Counted from the first letter of the stretch, positions 31,176-40,715 are shown. The stretch is DNA of 64,000 nt from an uncultured Anaerolineales bacterium (GCA_964489525.1 CAZAYY010000012.1:65320-129319); one strand, 5' to 3'. Notes: generated from the sequence alone by a model not told the origin. Numbers and translations are program-made.

Positions 31176-31373
31176 TAATTACGGAAAAAGCCATGTTTTT
31201 TTCTTAGCCAGCGTTTAACCTCAGCGCATCTTGGTTTAAACCAGTGCAAATATAATACAAAGCTTATTGAGAAAGATTTACAGCCAGCCACACACTGCGC
31301 CTGGTGGGCATCTGCCCTCAGAGACAGTCTTTGACTGGTGCCATTCACATAAACATTGATTGAGGAGAATACG

Positions 31374-32243
31374 ATGAAAAAAACAGTTGCTTTCTTTATT
31401 GGGGTTGCGGTGCTTTTGGTGATTGGAGGCGTTTTTTGGGCTTTACGCCCGGCGCCTGAAGCCAGCGAACCCCTGACAGCCATTTCAATTGCGACGGCCA
31501 CCTCCGCCCCAACCACTGCCCCCCAAAACAGCCAGGCAAATGAAGCCTATCCCGCCAGCACCAGCGCACCCGAAGCCTACCCGGCCGCAAATAATGCCCC
31601 AGAAGCCTACCCTGCAGCCACCCAAGCCCCTGCGCCGGCTGCCGACCCCGCTTATCCCGCCCCCACCGAAACGGGAGCAGGCAGTGAAGCGCCTGTAGCG
31701 GCGGCTGGTTCCACCATTTTTACCCTTTCTGCCTCGGAATCGTATGTACAGTTTTCAATTGATGAAATCCTGCGCAATAATCCTTTTACTGCCGTTGGGG
31801 TTACCAACCAGGTTGCAGCCGAAATCGCAATAGATTTCAATAACCCCTCCCAATCCATCCTTGGCCCGGTCCTGGTCAATGCTCGCACCCTGCGCACCGA
31901 CAGCGAATTCCGCGATAATGCCATTGCTAACCAAATTCTGCAAACCGGCCGCTACGAGTTCATCCAGTTCACCCCAACTGCCCTGGAAGGCATGCCTGAA
32001 ACGGTTGCCGTAGGAGACACGCTCAAATTCAACATCATCGGCGACCTGACCATTCGCGACGTGACTGCCCCGGCGACTTTCGCAGCAGAAATCAAAGTGG
32101 TGTCGGAACAGCGCCTGGAAGGAAAAGCCTCTGCAGTTGTTTTACGATCGGTTTATGGGCTTCAAATTCCGCAGGTCCAATCCGTAGCGGGTGTGGATGA
32201 TGATGTCTTGTTGGAAATCGTGTTTGCAGCCGTACCCAAATAA
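31374..32243 (+). CDS. YceI-like domain protein with N-terminal TM anchor and Ala/Pro-rich linker
   Basis: ATG at 31374 with a GAGGAG RBS. TM helix. EAYPA repeats. The C-terminal ~170 aa are YceI-like (ESYVQFSIDE..., RTDSEFRDNAI..., GDLTIRDVT). Confidence 0.7.
   Translation: MKKTVAFFIGVAVLLVIGGVFWALRPAPEASEPLTAISIATATSAPTTAPQNSQANEAYPASTSAPEAYPAANNAPEAYPAATQAPAPAADPAYPAPTETGAGSEAPVAAAGSTIFTLSASESYVQFSIDEILRNNPFTAVGVTNQVAAEIAIDFNNPSQSILGPVLVNARTLRTDSEFRDNAIANQILQTGRYEFIQFTPTALEGMPETVAVGDTLKFNIIGDLTIRDVTAPATFAAEIKVVSEQRLEGKASAVVLRSVYGLQIPQVQSVAGVDDDVLLEIVFAAVPK
31542..31631 (+). repeat. In-frame 3 x 30-bp tandem repeat (EAYPAxxxAP) inside the YceI-like gene
   Basis: gaagcctaYccNgcc... begins at 31542, 31572 and 31602. 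Confidence 0.8.
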
Positions 32244-32271
32244 CCACAGCGCAATCAAACACAAATTCTTG

Positions 32272-32307
32272 GTGACTGCTCTCCGGCCTGGGGGGCAGTC
32301 ACTTTTT
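32272..32307 (+). terminator. Rho-independent terminator after the YceI-like gene
   Basis: 8-bp stem (gtgactgc 32272-32279 / gcagtcac 32295-32302) followed by T5. Overlaps the stop codon of the convergent GT2 gene. Confidence 0.6.
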
Positions 32308-33061
32308 ATTGCCCAGGATTCACACCCAGGTTGTATACCCCATTGCGCGCGTTTTGCCGAATTTTTAATATGTCGCTGACCATGCCCAGGGTATCCCGCA
32401 CCGGGCTTACTTTACTCTCAGCATTGAAATACCAGGGTACCGGAAGTTCAATCACACGGTAGCCGCGCAAACGCGCGATATATAAAATTTCCACATCAAA
32501 CGAAAACCCTACCATGGTCTGGTGGTAAAACAGGTCCTGGGCGATTTCAGACCGGAAACACTTAAAGCCACACTGGGTATCCCGTAAACCGGGCAGCGCC
32601 ATCAAACGAATGGCAAGGTTCACCAGCCGCCCGCCCCAGTGCCGGTAAACCGGCTCATCATAGCGAACAGCTCCTTGTGCTTCGCGCGATGCAATCACAA
32701 TATCATACCCATCCAAGTGGGGCGGAAAAAACCGGCTGATTTCACTTACAGGCATGGACAAATCGGCATCGCACATGAACCGAAACTGGCCTGTGGCCGC
32801 CAGCATACCCGTTCGTACAGCAAGCCCTTTGCCTTTACCTTTTTCTCGCAATAGTTCCAGGCGCACATTGGGGGCGGTCACCTTGAAAGCCTGGACAATT
32901 TCTGCCGTCCGGTCCTTGCTGCCGTTTTCTACAACCAGCAGTTCGCTTTCATAGGGTTGGGCTTCCAGGAAACTGACGGTTTTATCCAGTGTGCCCGGCA
33001 GTCTCGACTCTTCGTTATGCGCAGGGATGATAATGGAAAGAAAAGGGGTTTGGACAGACAA
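32306..33061 (-). CDS. Family 2 glycosyltransferase (polyprenyl-phosphate glycosyltransferase-like)
   Basis: LSIIIPAHNEE N-terminus, DxD-like VVENGSKD / CDADL, and a typical ~250-aa DPM1/GtrB-like length. Confidence 0.85.
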   Translation of the reverse strand: MSVQTPFLSIIIPAHNEESRLPGTLDKTVSFLEAQPYESELLVVENGSKDRTAEIVQAFKVTAPNVRLELLREKGKGKGLAVRTGMLAATGQFRFMCDADLSMPVSEISRFFPPHLDGYDIVIASREAQGAVRYDEPVYRHWGGRLVNLAIRLMALPGLRDTQCGFKCFRSEIAQDLFYHQTMVGFSFDVEILYIARLRGYRVIELPVPWYFNAESKVSPVRDTLGMVSDILKIRQNARNGVYNLGVNPGQ

Positions 33062-33146
33062 GGATCGATTATTCCTGGTTGATCAAGGTTTTGCCTTATT
33101 ATATTCGAAATTGTGCCTGTGCGAATTTTATCCATGAAAAGATATA

Positions 33147-33512
33147 ATGGATACAGGAGATATACCCATGACACGTAAAGATCTTGGCCCTGCAATCGTT
33201 TTCCTGTCCATTTTCCCGTTCATCTACTATGGCTCGGCGCTGCCCGGCTTTTTCGACCTGGAGTCGTATATTTGGGTCTTTGTACTGCTCAGCCTGGGGT
33301 ACGTGGTTTTTCCCTGGATGGTGATTCAGCCGCCTGAACGGCTGCCTGGGCTTGCCAAAGCCTGGCACTGGATTTACATGGGCTGGGTAGATCTTTCGAT
33401 TGTGTTGTATTTTGTGCTGGGGCGCGAAATATCTGCGCTCGGGGTAGGGGTTGTCATCATTCAGATGGCGCTCTCCGCGCTGATTGTGCTGCATTGGCGA
33501 GCACGCGGTTAA
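33147..33512 (+). CDS. Small membrane protein, unknown function
   Basis: 121 aa with about four hydrophobic helices. No recognisable family. Intergenic context is compatible with a gene. Confidence 0.45.
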   Translation: MDTGDIPMTRKDLGPAIVFLSIFPFIYYGSALPGFFDLESYIWVFVLLSLGYVVFPWMVIQPPERLPGLAKAWHWIYMGWVDLSIVLYFVLGREISALGVGVVIIQMALSALIVLHWRARG

Positions 33513-33535
33513 AAAAATCCCCCTCCCAGAAAAAT

Positions 33536-33946
33536 CTATTTTCGGGTCATTTCAAATGTCCCTTCAACTTCATCGGCGGGGTTTTCCCAGGTGCCAGAAA
33601 TCGTGTCTACGCCTGTAAATCCGCCTGTCATCGCGAAATTCTCCATCCCCAGGATGACCTCGAGGCCATTGACCACGTAAGTTCCCAGGTACTCAACTTC
33701 ATAAAAGTTCAACATACGATACTTCCCCTCGCTTTCCGTCCCCGTGAACGTGAGTGTACCGCTGTCGTAGGCATTCCCGGTTGCCTTTTCCACCAGGGTA
33801 TATTCCCAGGTTCCCAGCACGGAATAAACAGGAACAGCCAGGGTGGGTTCGGGGGTTTGGGGAAGAACATCTGGCTGGCTGGAACAGCCGGAAAAAAGAC
33901 CCAAAAGAACCAGCAGCAACAAAGCAAACGTCATTCTACGCATCAT
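33536..33946 (-). CDS. Lipoprotein, unknown function
   Basis: Signal peptide plus lipobox (LFSGCSS). 4-nt overlap (ATGA) with the upstream gene. Confidence 0.55.
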   Translation of the reverse strand: MMRRMTFALLLLVLLGLFSGCSSQPDVLPQTPEPTLAVPVYSVLGTWEYTLVEKATGNAYDSGTLTFTGTESEGKYRMLNFYEVEYLGTYVVNGLEVILGMENFAMTGGFTGVDTISGTWENPADEVEGTFEMTRK

Positions 33947-34434
33947 TTTATCCTTTGCAAGGCGAATTCAATCCCCTTGGCTTCATCCCCCCCTGGGGGA
34001 ATGTTGTACATGGTAATCATCAACTTATCGTCCAATTCCAGCCGGATTTCTGTGCGCCAGCCCCAATCCGGGGTCGTATCGCCGGTAGGATAGGAGCCCA
34101 TCACAGAAAAACCATGCCCGGCTTCTTCTCCGGTGGAAATCAGCAAGTTCGCACTGGAATGGAAGCTGTCAACCCAGACCGTCTCATACCGCTGTTTAAA
34201 CAAGTTAAAGCTGCACACCAATAACCCATGATAGGGGTTCCCCTGTAAGATGGCTTCATATTCCCACAAGAGGGTGCGGCTTTCCGGTACGAAACGAAAA
34301 ACCCCCTGCACCGGAGATTCGTCCGCCAGAACGCCAGGTTCAAACCAGGTTTGGGCGGTACCTGCCCATTTGCCAGCCAGGGCATTGAACAAGGAAAGCG
34401 CTTTGATGGCAAGGTCAGTTTTCTCGCGGGGCAT
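33943..34434 (-). CDS. DUF1579-like small soluble protein (hypothetical)
   Basis: Start at MPREKT (34434) with a GGAGGA RBS. Pattern ...LAGKWAGTAQTWFEPG...WVDSFH...MGSY... resembles DUF1579. Assignment from memory only. Confidence 0.45.
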   Translation of the reverse strand: MPREKTDLAIKALSLFNALAGKWAGTAQTWFEPGVLADESPVQGVFRFVPESRTLLWEYEAILQGNPYHGLLVCSFNLFKQRYETVWVDSFHSSANLLISTGEEAGHGFSVMGSYPTGDTTPDWGWRTEIRLELDDKLMITMYNIPPGGDEAKGIEFALQRIK

Positions 34435-34538
34435 AATTCCTCCATGGGTAATTTTGTTGAGTATAACACAGGAATTTTTGCGATGCTCGTCTTTCACAAG
34501 ATCCGCTTACTTCACGCAGCGCCTGCGAAAACCTGCCC

Positions 34539-34567
34539 TTGCGAAGTCGGGCAGTTGCCTGTACAAT
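34539..34567 (+). promoter_or_regulatory. Sigma70-type promoter upstream of the Pcs-like gene
   Basis: TTGCGA (34539-34544), a 17-nt spacer, then TACAAT (34562-34567). Implies a ~190-nt leader. Confidence 0.45.
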
Positions 34568-34761
34568 TTTTGGTAAAGGACGGATTAGCCTTTGGTCAGG
34601 TAAATTGCCAGAAAAAATTTTATAAAGTTTTCGGGCATTGCCAACAACTCCGTTAAACAATCGGCCTGGATTGTCCTGAATTTTTATAATGACATTTACA
34701 GCCAGTGACCAAGCACCAACCCGTTCATCATTTGCGAATTGATTCATTCAGGAGCTTGAGG

Positions 34762-35484
34762 ATGCCCGCTTTTCTTGATTCCCAAAAACCAAATAAATTC
34801 ATCGTAGCGCGAGCCTGGTTTGTTCATTTCTATACAAGCCTGGGGCTGATTTGTGCGCTGGTAGCCGTCCTGGCGATTGCCAACAAGGACATTGTGACGG
34901 CTTTTTTTGCCCTGGTGGTCGCACAGATTATTGATGGGTCGGATGGCCCAATGGCACGGGCTTTTGATGTAAAAACCAACACCCCCCATTTTGACGGCCG
35001 CAAACTGGACGATATCATTGATTACATGACTTACACCTTCATTCCGGTGTTTTTTATGTATACCTATGAAATTGTCACCGGGCCATGGCTGGTGGTATTG
35101 TTCATGGTGCTGCTGGCATCGGCCTACGGATTTTGCAGCGATGCCGCCAAGACCGATGACGGCTTTTTCACCGGGTTTCCTTCTTACTGGAACGGCGCAG
35201 CACTGTACCTGTTCTGGCTCAACCTGCCAACGTGGGGAGCGGGGTTATTTTTATTGTTCTTTGTGATCCTGACCTTTATCCCGGTTAAGTACCCCTCTGC
35301 CAACCAGACCCGGCAGTTTCGCTGGTTAACCTACCTGGTTGCGGCTGTGTGGGTTGTGCTGGTCATCTGGATGATTGCCATTGATTGGCAAAACCCACCC
35401 AGGTGGATGTTAATGGCCTCATTCTTCTTCCCCGTTTACTACCTGGGGATGGGTTTTTACCTGACCTACAAAAATCCTGGATAA
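34762..35484 (+). CDS. pcs: CDP-alcohol phosphatidyltransferase, phosphatidylcholine-synthase (Pcs) type
   Basis: ATG at 34762 with a GGAG RBS. Motif DGPMAR-x12-GRKLDDIID, i.e. D-G-x2-A-R-x12-G-x3-D-x3-D (the x12 spacing is the Pcs variant). About 8 TM helices in ~240 aa. Confidence 0.6.
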   Translation: MPAFLDSQKPNKFIVARAWFVHFYTSLGLICALVAVLAIANKDIVTAFFALVVAQIIDGSDGPMARAFDVKTNTPHFDGRKLDDIIDYMTYTFIPVFFMYTYEIVTGPWLVVLFMVLLASAYGFCSDAAKTDDGFFTGFPSYWNGAALYLFWLNLPTWGAGLFLLFFVILTFIPVKYPSANQTRQFRWLTYLVAAVWVVLVIWMIAIDWQNPPRWMLMASFFFPVYYLGMGFYLTYKNPG

Positions 35485-35487
35485 GGG

Positions 35488-36147
35488 TTACCCCTGCCCA
35501 TCCCATTCCGCATAGAATTGAGCAAGATATTCTTCCATAAACGCATGGCGGGCTTTCGCCATGCGTTTTGCTGTGGGGGTATTCATCAGGTCTTTTAACA
35601 AAAGTAGTTTCTCGTAAAAATGGTTGATCGTAGAAGATTTGCTGTTTTTGTAATCTTCAAAACGGGTGTGCATGACAGGCGTCTCATCCGGGTCGTATAA
35701 AGCCCGGTTTTTCTGACCACCATAGGCAAAAGCGCGGGCGATGCCAATCGCGCCGATGGCGTCCAACCGGTCGGCGTCCTGGACAATTTTGCCTTCCAGG
35801 GTAGCCATTTCAGAAGCCACCCCTGCGCCTTTAAAACTAAGCGAGTCAATAATATCAGCCACGTGGTCAATGATTGGCTCCGGAAGGTCATACTGGGCTA
35901 ACCAGGTACGGGCTGCTTTGGGTCCCAGGGTATGGTCGCCGCCGTGAAATTTATGGTCGGCAATATCATGGAGCAAGGCGGCCAGGGTGACCACAAAAAG
36001 GTCTGCCCCGGTTTCCTCTGCGCAAATTGTCCGGGCATTCTGCAGCACCCGGTAGACATGCCACCAGTCATGACCTGCGTGTTCAACCGTCATCACCTGG
36101 CGAACATGGGCCTCGGTTTGAGCAAGAATATCTTGTGGAAGAATCAT
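35488..36147 (-). CDS. HD-domain phosphohydrolase
   Basis: H...HD metal-binding motif (WWHVYRV..., LLHDIADHKF), DADRLDAIGA, and a YedJ-like length. Confidence 0.8.
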   Translation of the reverse strand: MILPQDILAQTEAHVRQVMTVEHAGHDWWHVYRVLQNARTICAEETGADLFVVTLAALLHDIADHKFHGGDHTLGPKAARTWLAQYDLPEPIIDHVADIIDSLSFKGAGVASEMATLEGKIVQDADRLDAIGAIGIARAFAYGGQKNRALYDPDETPVMHTRFEDYKNSKSSTINHFYEKLLLLKDLMNTPTAKRMAKARHAFMEEYLAQFYAEWDGQG

Positions 36148-36168
36148 CGGAACCTGCCTTCATAAACA

Positions 36169-36483
36169 TCAAAATAACAGTGGGAGAAGCCACAGGATGA
36201 GCATCCCCACGACAACTGTGAGCAAAGCATTTTTGGTGCGCCAGGCCATCAGGGCCGCCGCTATACCCGCCAACAGGCGAAAATTTTCCAAAGAGACGCT
36301 CAACGCCCCATCCACTAGCAGAATTTCGGGAAAGATAATTGCGGTGAGAACGGCTGGAGGGACATAGCGCAACGCTCTCCGCAGCCACTCTGGAACCCCG
36401 GCCCTTCCCAATAGATAGATGAATGAAAACCGGGTGGTAAAGGTTAACAGCCCACCTGCAGCCAAAACCAGCCAGGGGTTCAT
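36169..36483 (-). CDS. azlD: AzlD-family branched-chain amino acid transport protein
   Basis: Start at MNPWLV (36483), overlapping the azlC stop by 4 nt. ~104 aa with three helices (TFTTRFSFIYLLGR...). Confidence 0.75.
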   Translation of the reverse strand: MNPWLVLAAGGLLTFTTRFSFIYLLGRAGVPEWLRRALRYVPPAVLTAIIFPEILLVDGALSVSLENFRLLAGIAAALMAWRTKNALLTVVVGMLILWLLPLLF

Positions 36484-37196
36484 TTGCGCCCCTCCAAAGC
36501 CATGCCCACCCCAATGCCCACCAGGGCGGCAGCCAGCAGCCCCAGTTTGTAGGGTAGATGATAGGCGGCCAGGGCGGTGATTCCAGCTGCCAGGGCCGAT
36601 GCCACGCCTGGCCTGTCGGTTAAAAGCGGAACCACGATGGCAATGAAGGTGAGCGCCAGGGTGAAATCCAACCCCCAGGAAGCCGGAATGGCCGCACCCA
36701 AAAAAATGCCTGCTGCTGTGCTGGCCTGCCAACCAGACCAAAGGGTGAAACCTGCCCCCAAAAAGAAGTAATGAGTATTCACCCCTGCCTCACTGCGCAA
36801 ATAGTGCAGCAGCGTCACGGCATATGCCTCATCCGTTAGCAGGTATGAAAGCAGGGTTTTCCAACCCAAAGACAGTTTTTGCACATACGGTGCCATGGAT
36901 GCACTGTACAGCGCATGGCGCAGGTTAACCACGAAAATGGTCAGGACGATTACCATTCCGGGTGCATTGGCAGCAAATAATTGGGAAGCAATGAACTGCG
37001 ATGAACCCGCGAAAACAATCGCGCTCATCGCCTGGGCAGCCCCGGTGGAAATGCCAGCCTGCAGAGCCAGCAAACCATAAATCATCCCAAAGGGAAAAAC
37101 ACCCACCAACAACGGTAGTTCGGCGCGCACACCTGCCCAAAACTGGGCAGCAGGCTGGTCGGCAGGGGCAGCTAGAGAGGAGAGTTGGTTTGGCAT
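36480..37196 (-). CDS. azlC: AzlC-family branched-chain amino acid permease
   Basis: Start at MPNQLSS (37196). GVFPFGMIYG, AQAMSAIVFAGSSQF and LTDEAY signatures. Confidence 0.8.
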   Translation of the reverse strand: MPNQLSSLAAPADQPAAQFWAGVRAELPLLVGVFPFGMIYGLLALQAGISTGAAQAMSAIVFAGSSQFIASQLFAANAPGMVIVLTIFVVNLRHALYSASMAPYVQKLSLGWKTLLSYLLTDEAYAVTLLHYLRSEAGVNTHYFFLGAGFTLWSGWQASTAAGIFLGAAIPASWGLDFTLALTFIAIVVPLLTDRPGVASALAAGITALAAYHLPYKLGLLAAALVGIGVGMALEGRK

Positions 37197-37206
37197 GCGG
37201 TGAGGT

Positions 37207-38451
37207 TTAAGGCGGGCAGGAACCCTCTCCAGGGCAAGCCAGCAGCCATTGACTTTCAAAATCGCTCTCGGCTGTCCAGCCTGTGATGGCCAGGCTGGGG
37301 ACATTCACCTCCCAAAAAACCAGGCCATCCGTACACACAGGGCCTTTGAGCAGTTCCACCACGGTACCAGGGCCTAGAGTAGCGCGCACATCCGTACCCA
37401 CCCCCGCCCCATTGCGCAAACGGTTGCTGGTGGGGGGGTTGGGGTTAACATAAGCCCGTCCGCCCTGCTGCAGCAGGCTCAGGCAAGCGGGGGTCAGTTC
37501 TGGTGAGCCAGTTACGCGCAGGGACATGACCAACGCATCCAGGGTTTCCAGGCTGGGGTTAAAACTGGCTGCGGGCTGGTTTTCGAGCCGGATTTTGATG
37601 GCTTCCAGGTATCTTTCGTAGGCAGCAGGGAAATTGGTGGAACTGTAATCAGGGAAAGGCTCTCCACCGGGGGGGATGGCGGTGTCGGCACTGCGGGCAG
37701 GGAGAATTGCTGAATGAATCGGCAGGATAACAGCAACATAATACGCCCCATCGGCTGTAAGTCCCTGGTATGTATAAAAAAGCGAATGGTTGTTAAGTTG
37801 GCCGGCATCCTGGCCGAATTGGGTCAGATAGCGAATTCCACTGCCATTTTGAAAATTGAGAAAAACCAGGTTGCTGTGAAATACCTGGGCGGCGTTAAAT
37901 ACGGGCAGAAAAGGCAGGGGGCTGCTGGCTGCAGCGCCATCCAACAAACCTCTTAATTGGTTCTCCTGATTGGCCGCACCGGGGTTATATCGGCCTATGG
38001 CTGCCAGCGGATACACAAAAACCACCGGGCTGTGCAGGGTATCTTGCAAAGGGTATCCTTCCAGGGCATACTGCAGGTGGGCGGGCATCACTTCCCAGGG
38101 AGGGCTGCTGCCCCCAGGGGCTACTGCGGGAACGAATAACGCCTCTACCCCCACAGCGAGGCTGGCTGGTAAAACCAGCTGGATTTCATCCGCAAAAAAT
38201 GAAAGGGATTCCGATGTGGGCAGCGGGGAAAGGGTGGCTGTTGGTTCAACACCCGGGTTGGTGGGGGTGGGCAGCACAGGTGAAGGGGGCGGCGTGGGGC
38301 TGACGGGGGCCACCAGAGTAGCAGCCGCTGCCAGGGTAGCCGTAGGCGAGCCAACTGGCTGTTGAACCAGGCTGCGCGCCAGGTTGCAGCCCAGGCTCAT
38401 CAGGATGAGAAACAAAATCCACAGAAAAGGTTTTCTTCGAGTTAATCGCAT
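37207..38451 (-). CDS. Secreted lipoprotein with Pro/Thr-rich linker and C-terminal SH3b-like domain
   Basis: Start at MRLTRRK (38451). Lipobox LGC. The C-terminal ~70 aa (RLRNGAGVGTDVRATLGPGTVVELL...GLVFWEV...GWTAES) resemble a bacterial SH3 domain. Last gene of the cytochrome cluster. Confidence 0.55.
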   Translation of the reverse strand: MRLTRRKPFLWILFLILMSLGCNLARSLVQQPVGSPTATLAAAATLVAPVSPTPPPSPVLPTPTNPGVEPTATLSPLPTSESLSFFADEIQLVLPASLAVGVEALFVPAVAPGGSSPPWEVMPAHLQYALEGYPLQDTLHSPVVFVYPLAAIGRYNPGAANQENQLRGLLDGAAASSPLPFLPVFNAAQVFHSNLVFLNFQNGSGIRYLTQFGQDAGQLNNHSLFYTYQGLTADGAYYVAVILPIHSAILPARSADTAIPPGGEPFPDYSSTNFPAAYERYLEAIKIRLENQPAASFNPSLETLDALVMSLRVTGSPELTPACLSLLQQGGRAYVNPNPPTSNRLRNGAGVGTDVRATLGPGTVVELLKGPVCTDGLVFWEVNVPSLAITGWTAESDFESQWLLACPGEGSCPP

Positions 38452-38566
38452 GCCGATTATTTTATCAAAAAAGTTCAGTACCACCCAAAAAGGCGGGGTG
38501 TTTGCGAGGAGGGCAGCTCGCAAACACCCCATAAAAAACAGGCAGAGAAATCAGCCCGGCTGGTGG

Positions 38567-40675
38567 TCAGGGTGCGGTTGTGGGCAGGAGAATCGTCCAG
38601 CTATCGGTTGTGTGACAGTTAGAACATTGTCCACGTGCATGACCGAGCGGCCGGTCTTTGGCATGGCAAGATTTACAATCGTTATATCCATCGTGATTAA
38701 AATCAACATCAGCCCAATCGGTAAAGTTGTGACACCCGGAACACTGCCCGGGCCAATGGCCCGTTGGCGCTGGATGGCAGTAAATGCAGTTATCTGTTAA
38801 CGAGTGTTTGTAATAGGCGGGTGTCCAGGTAATCGTATTATGACAAAGCGAACACTGAAGGGTGTAATGTTCAGGGGATGTGGCATGGCAGGACAGACAA
38901 TTGGTGCTGACCAGTGAATGGTCAAATACCCACTCTCGCCAATCCTGGGTGTTGTGGCATTTGATACAAATGGTTTGAGAATAATGCATCAGCGGAACCA
39001 CATGGCAGCTTGTGCAAGGGTAGGCCATGTTGGTGTGGCTGTAGTTGGAGTTCGTCCAAGTGGTCATCGCATGGCACGAGCTGCATTCGCCGGGGTAGTG
39101 ATTGGTTGGCTGCTCGCGGAGATGGCAGTTGGAACAAGAATTCAAGGGGTTGTGCTGATAAAGATTTTTCTTCCAATTGTTCAGGTTGTGGCAGTCGGTA
39201 CACAAGCCTGGGTAGTGTTCTTCAGGCGTGGTGTGGCACTGCAGGCAGTTGGTGGACTTGTGATAAAACGGTTCCTCCCAGCTTGTGGTACTGTGGCAAA
39301 GGTCGCAGTTGGGGTTGTAATGGTCTGCGATCGTTTCATGGCAGGTTATGCAGCGTTGGCTTTTGACTTCATGGAAATCTTTGTTGGTTTTCCAGGTGTT
39401 TGTCAGGTGACAATTGGTGCAGCTGCCCAGGTAGTCGTGGTTTGTATTGGGTTCGGTGTGACAGCGCACACAGGATGTGCGGGTATACAATTGGTGGGCA
39501 AACTGGTAAACATTCCAATCGGTTTCGCTTGTATGACAATCCACGCAGGCGCCCTTGGTATAGTGGTTGGCGGGTGTGTCGGGGGTATGACAGGTTTCAC
39601 AGGTATATTCCCCAACATGGACATATTCAATGACCGTCCAGTCTTCCATATCCTGGTGGCAGTTCTGGCAAAAGCCCGGGTTGTGTTCGGGCGGTTCGGC
39701 ATCGGCGTGGCAGCTTTCACAGCGCTCGCCTTCGGTATGTTCAAAAATGGTGAGAGACCAATCTTCGGTGTCTTCGTGGCAGCGTTTACACTCCCCTGGA
39801 TAGTGGGCAGAATCCCCTTGGGGCAAGGTGAAAATTTCTTCTGTGTAACCCACGGAATAAACCGCTTCGGTGAGCATGGTAATCGCATGGCAGGATTGGC
39901 ATTCAAAGACGCCCACGTGGTCAAAAGCAGTTGGTGTCCAGTCCAGGGTGTTATGGCAGTTTTCACAGGCACCAGCAAAGTGGTTGGTATAAATAGAAGC
40001 ACTGGCAAGCAAATCAATGGTGTGGCATTGGGCACAAATCCGGGTGGTGCCTGCATACAGCCCGTTGACATGGCAGTCCTCGCAATTGCCTGAATGACCG
40101 CCTTCCATTGAAAAATTGCTGTGGTCCACATCTGAATCGAGATAGGAAACCGCGACCGGGTTAACGCTCACCACAGAAGGCAGAAGCTGCACCTTGGGCG
40201 TCTCGGCTTTAGGCTCCGGGGTGTTAAGCATGGCGGAAACAAAGGCAAAGAGCGGCGCCGCTGCAGGCTCATTTTCTTTTAGATCGAGTGATTTTACAAC
40301 CACAATGGTTTTGCGAGCCAGGCTTTCAAACTCTGGCTGGAAGCCAGAAACGGATTGGGCTGGAATGGCGTTTTGCTGAACCACCAATACATCCAGTGCA
40401 TCCGCCAAAAACCCCACCGCAAGAGACACCTCCTCAGGGTTTTGCGCACCCGCCAGGTCCACCAGGCGCCGTTCTGCAAGCTGGCAGGCATAAGCGGTCT
40501 TTTCTTCTGGACCCTGGGTCAACTGCATCCGCCAGCTTTCTGCTAGGTGTTGGGATTGAAACCAGGGTTGTTCAAGACAGCTAAAAGGCTCTACCTCGGC
40601 CAGGTAAAAAAGCCCGAGGCCCGCCATGACCAATAAACAGGTTAGCGATAATAATAGGATGACGAGCTTTTTCAT
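38567..40675 (-). CDS. Membrane-anchored multihaem c-type cytochrome, 25 CxxCH motifs
   Basis: N-terminal signal anchor, then a ~190-aa haem-free domain. That is followed by 25 CxxCH motifs, mostly as repeated two-haem modules CxxCH-x(6-8)-H(Y/W)-x(2-4)-CxxCH-x3-W. Confidence 0.9.
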   Translation of the reverse strand: MKKLVILLLSLTCLLVMAGLGLFYLAEVEPFSCLEQPWFQSQHLAESWRMQLTQGPEEKTAYACQLAERRLVDLAGAQNPEEVSLAVGFLADALDVLVVQQNAIPAQSVSGFQPEFESLARKTIVVVKSLDLKENEPAAAPLFAFVSAMLNTPEPKAETPKVQLLPSVVSVNPVAVSYLDSDVDHSNFSMEGGHSGNCEDCHVNGLYAGTTRICAQCHTIDLLASASIYTNHFAGACENCHNTLDWTPTAFDHVGVFECQSCHAITMLTEAVYSVGYTEEIFTLPQGDSAHYPGECKRCHEDTEDWSLTIFEHTEGERCESCHADAEPPEHNPGFCQNCHQDMEDWTVIEYVHVGEYTCETCHTPDTPANHYTKGACVDCHTSETDWNVYQFAHQLYTRTSCVRCHTEPNTNHDYLGSCTNCHLTNTWKTNKDFHEVKSQRCITCHETIADHYNPNCDLCHSTTSWEEPFYHKSTNCLQCHTTPEEHYPGLCTDCHNLNNWKKNLYQHNPLNSCSNCHLREQPTNHYPGECSSCHAMTTWTNSNYSHTNMAYPCTSCHVVPLMHYSQTICIKCHNTQDWREWVFDHSLVSTNCLSCHATSPEHYTLQCSLCHNTITWTPAYYKHSLTDNCIYCHPAPTGHWPGQCSGCHNFTDWADVDFNHDGYNDCKSCHAKDRPLGHARGQCSNCHTTDSWTILLPTTAP

Positions 40676-40715
40676 AAGGATACCCTCATTCTGGGCCGTT
40701 TATTTGAAACAGCCG

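Noticed and set aside
30883-31207. 81-aa and 72-aa plus-strand ORFs after xth
   Set aside because: The first overlaps the xth 3' end out of frame. The second runs through repeat-containing spacer with no RBS. I treated the region as non-coding.
38918-40093. 391-aa plus-strand ORF
   Set aside because: It is antisense to the 25-haem cytochrome gene. The minus-strand frame carries 25 regular CxxCH motifs and a signal anchor. The plus-strand product is low-complexity (Val/Gly/Ala-rich), as expected from reading Cys/His/Thr codons backwards, and has no RBS.
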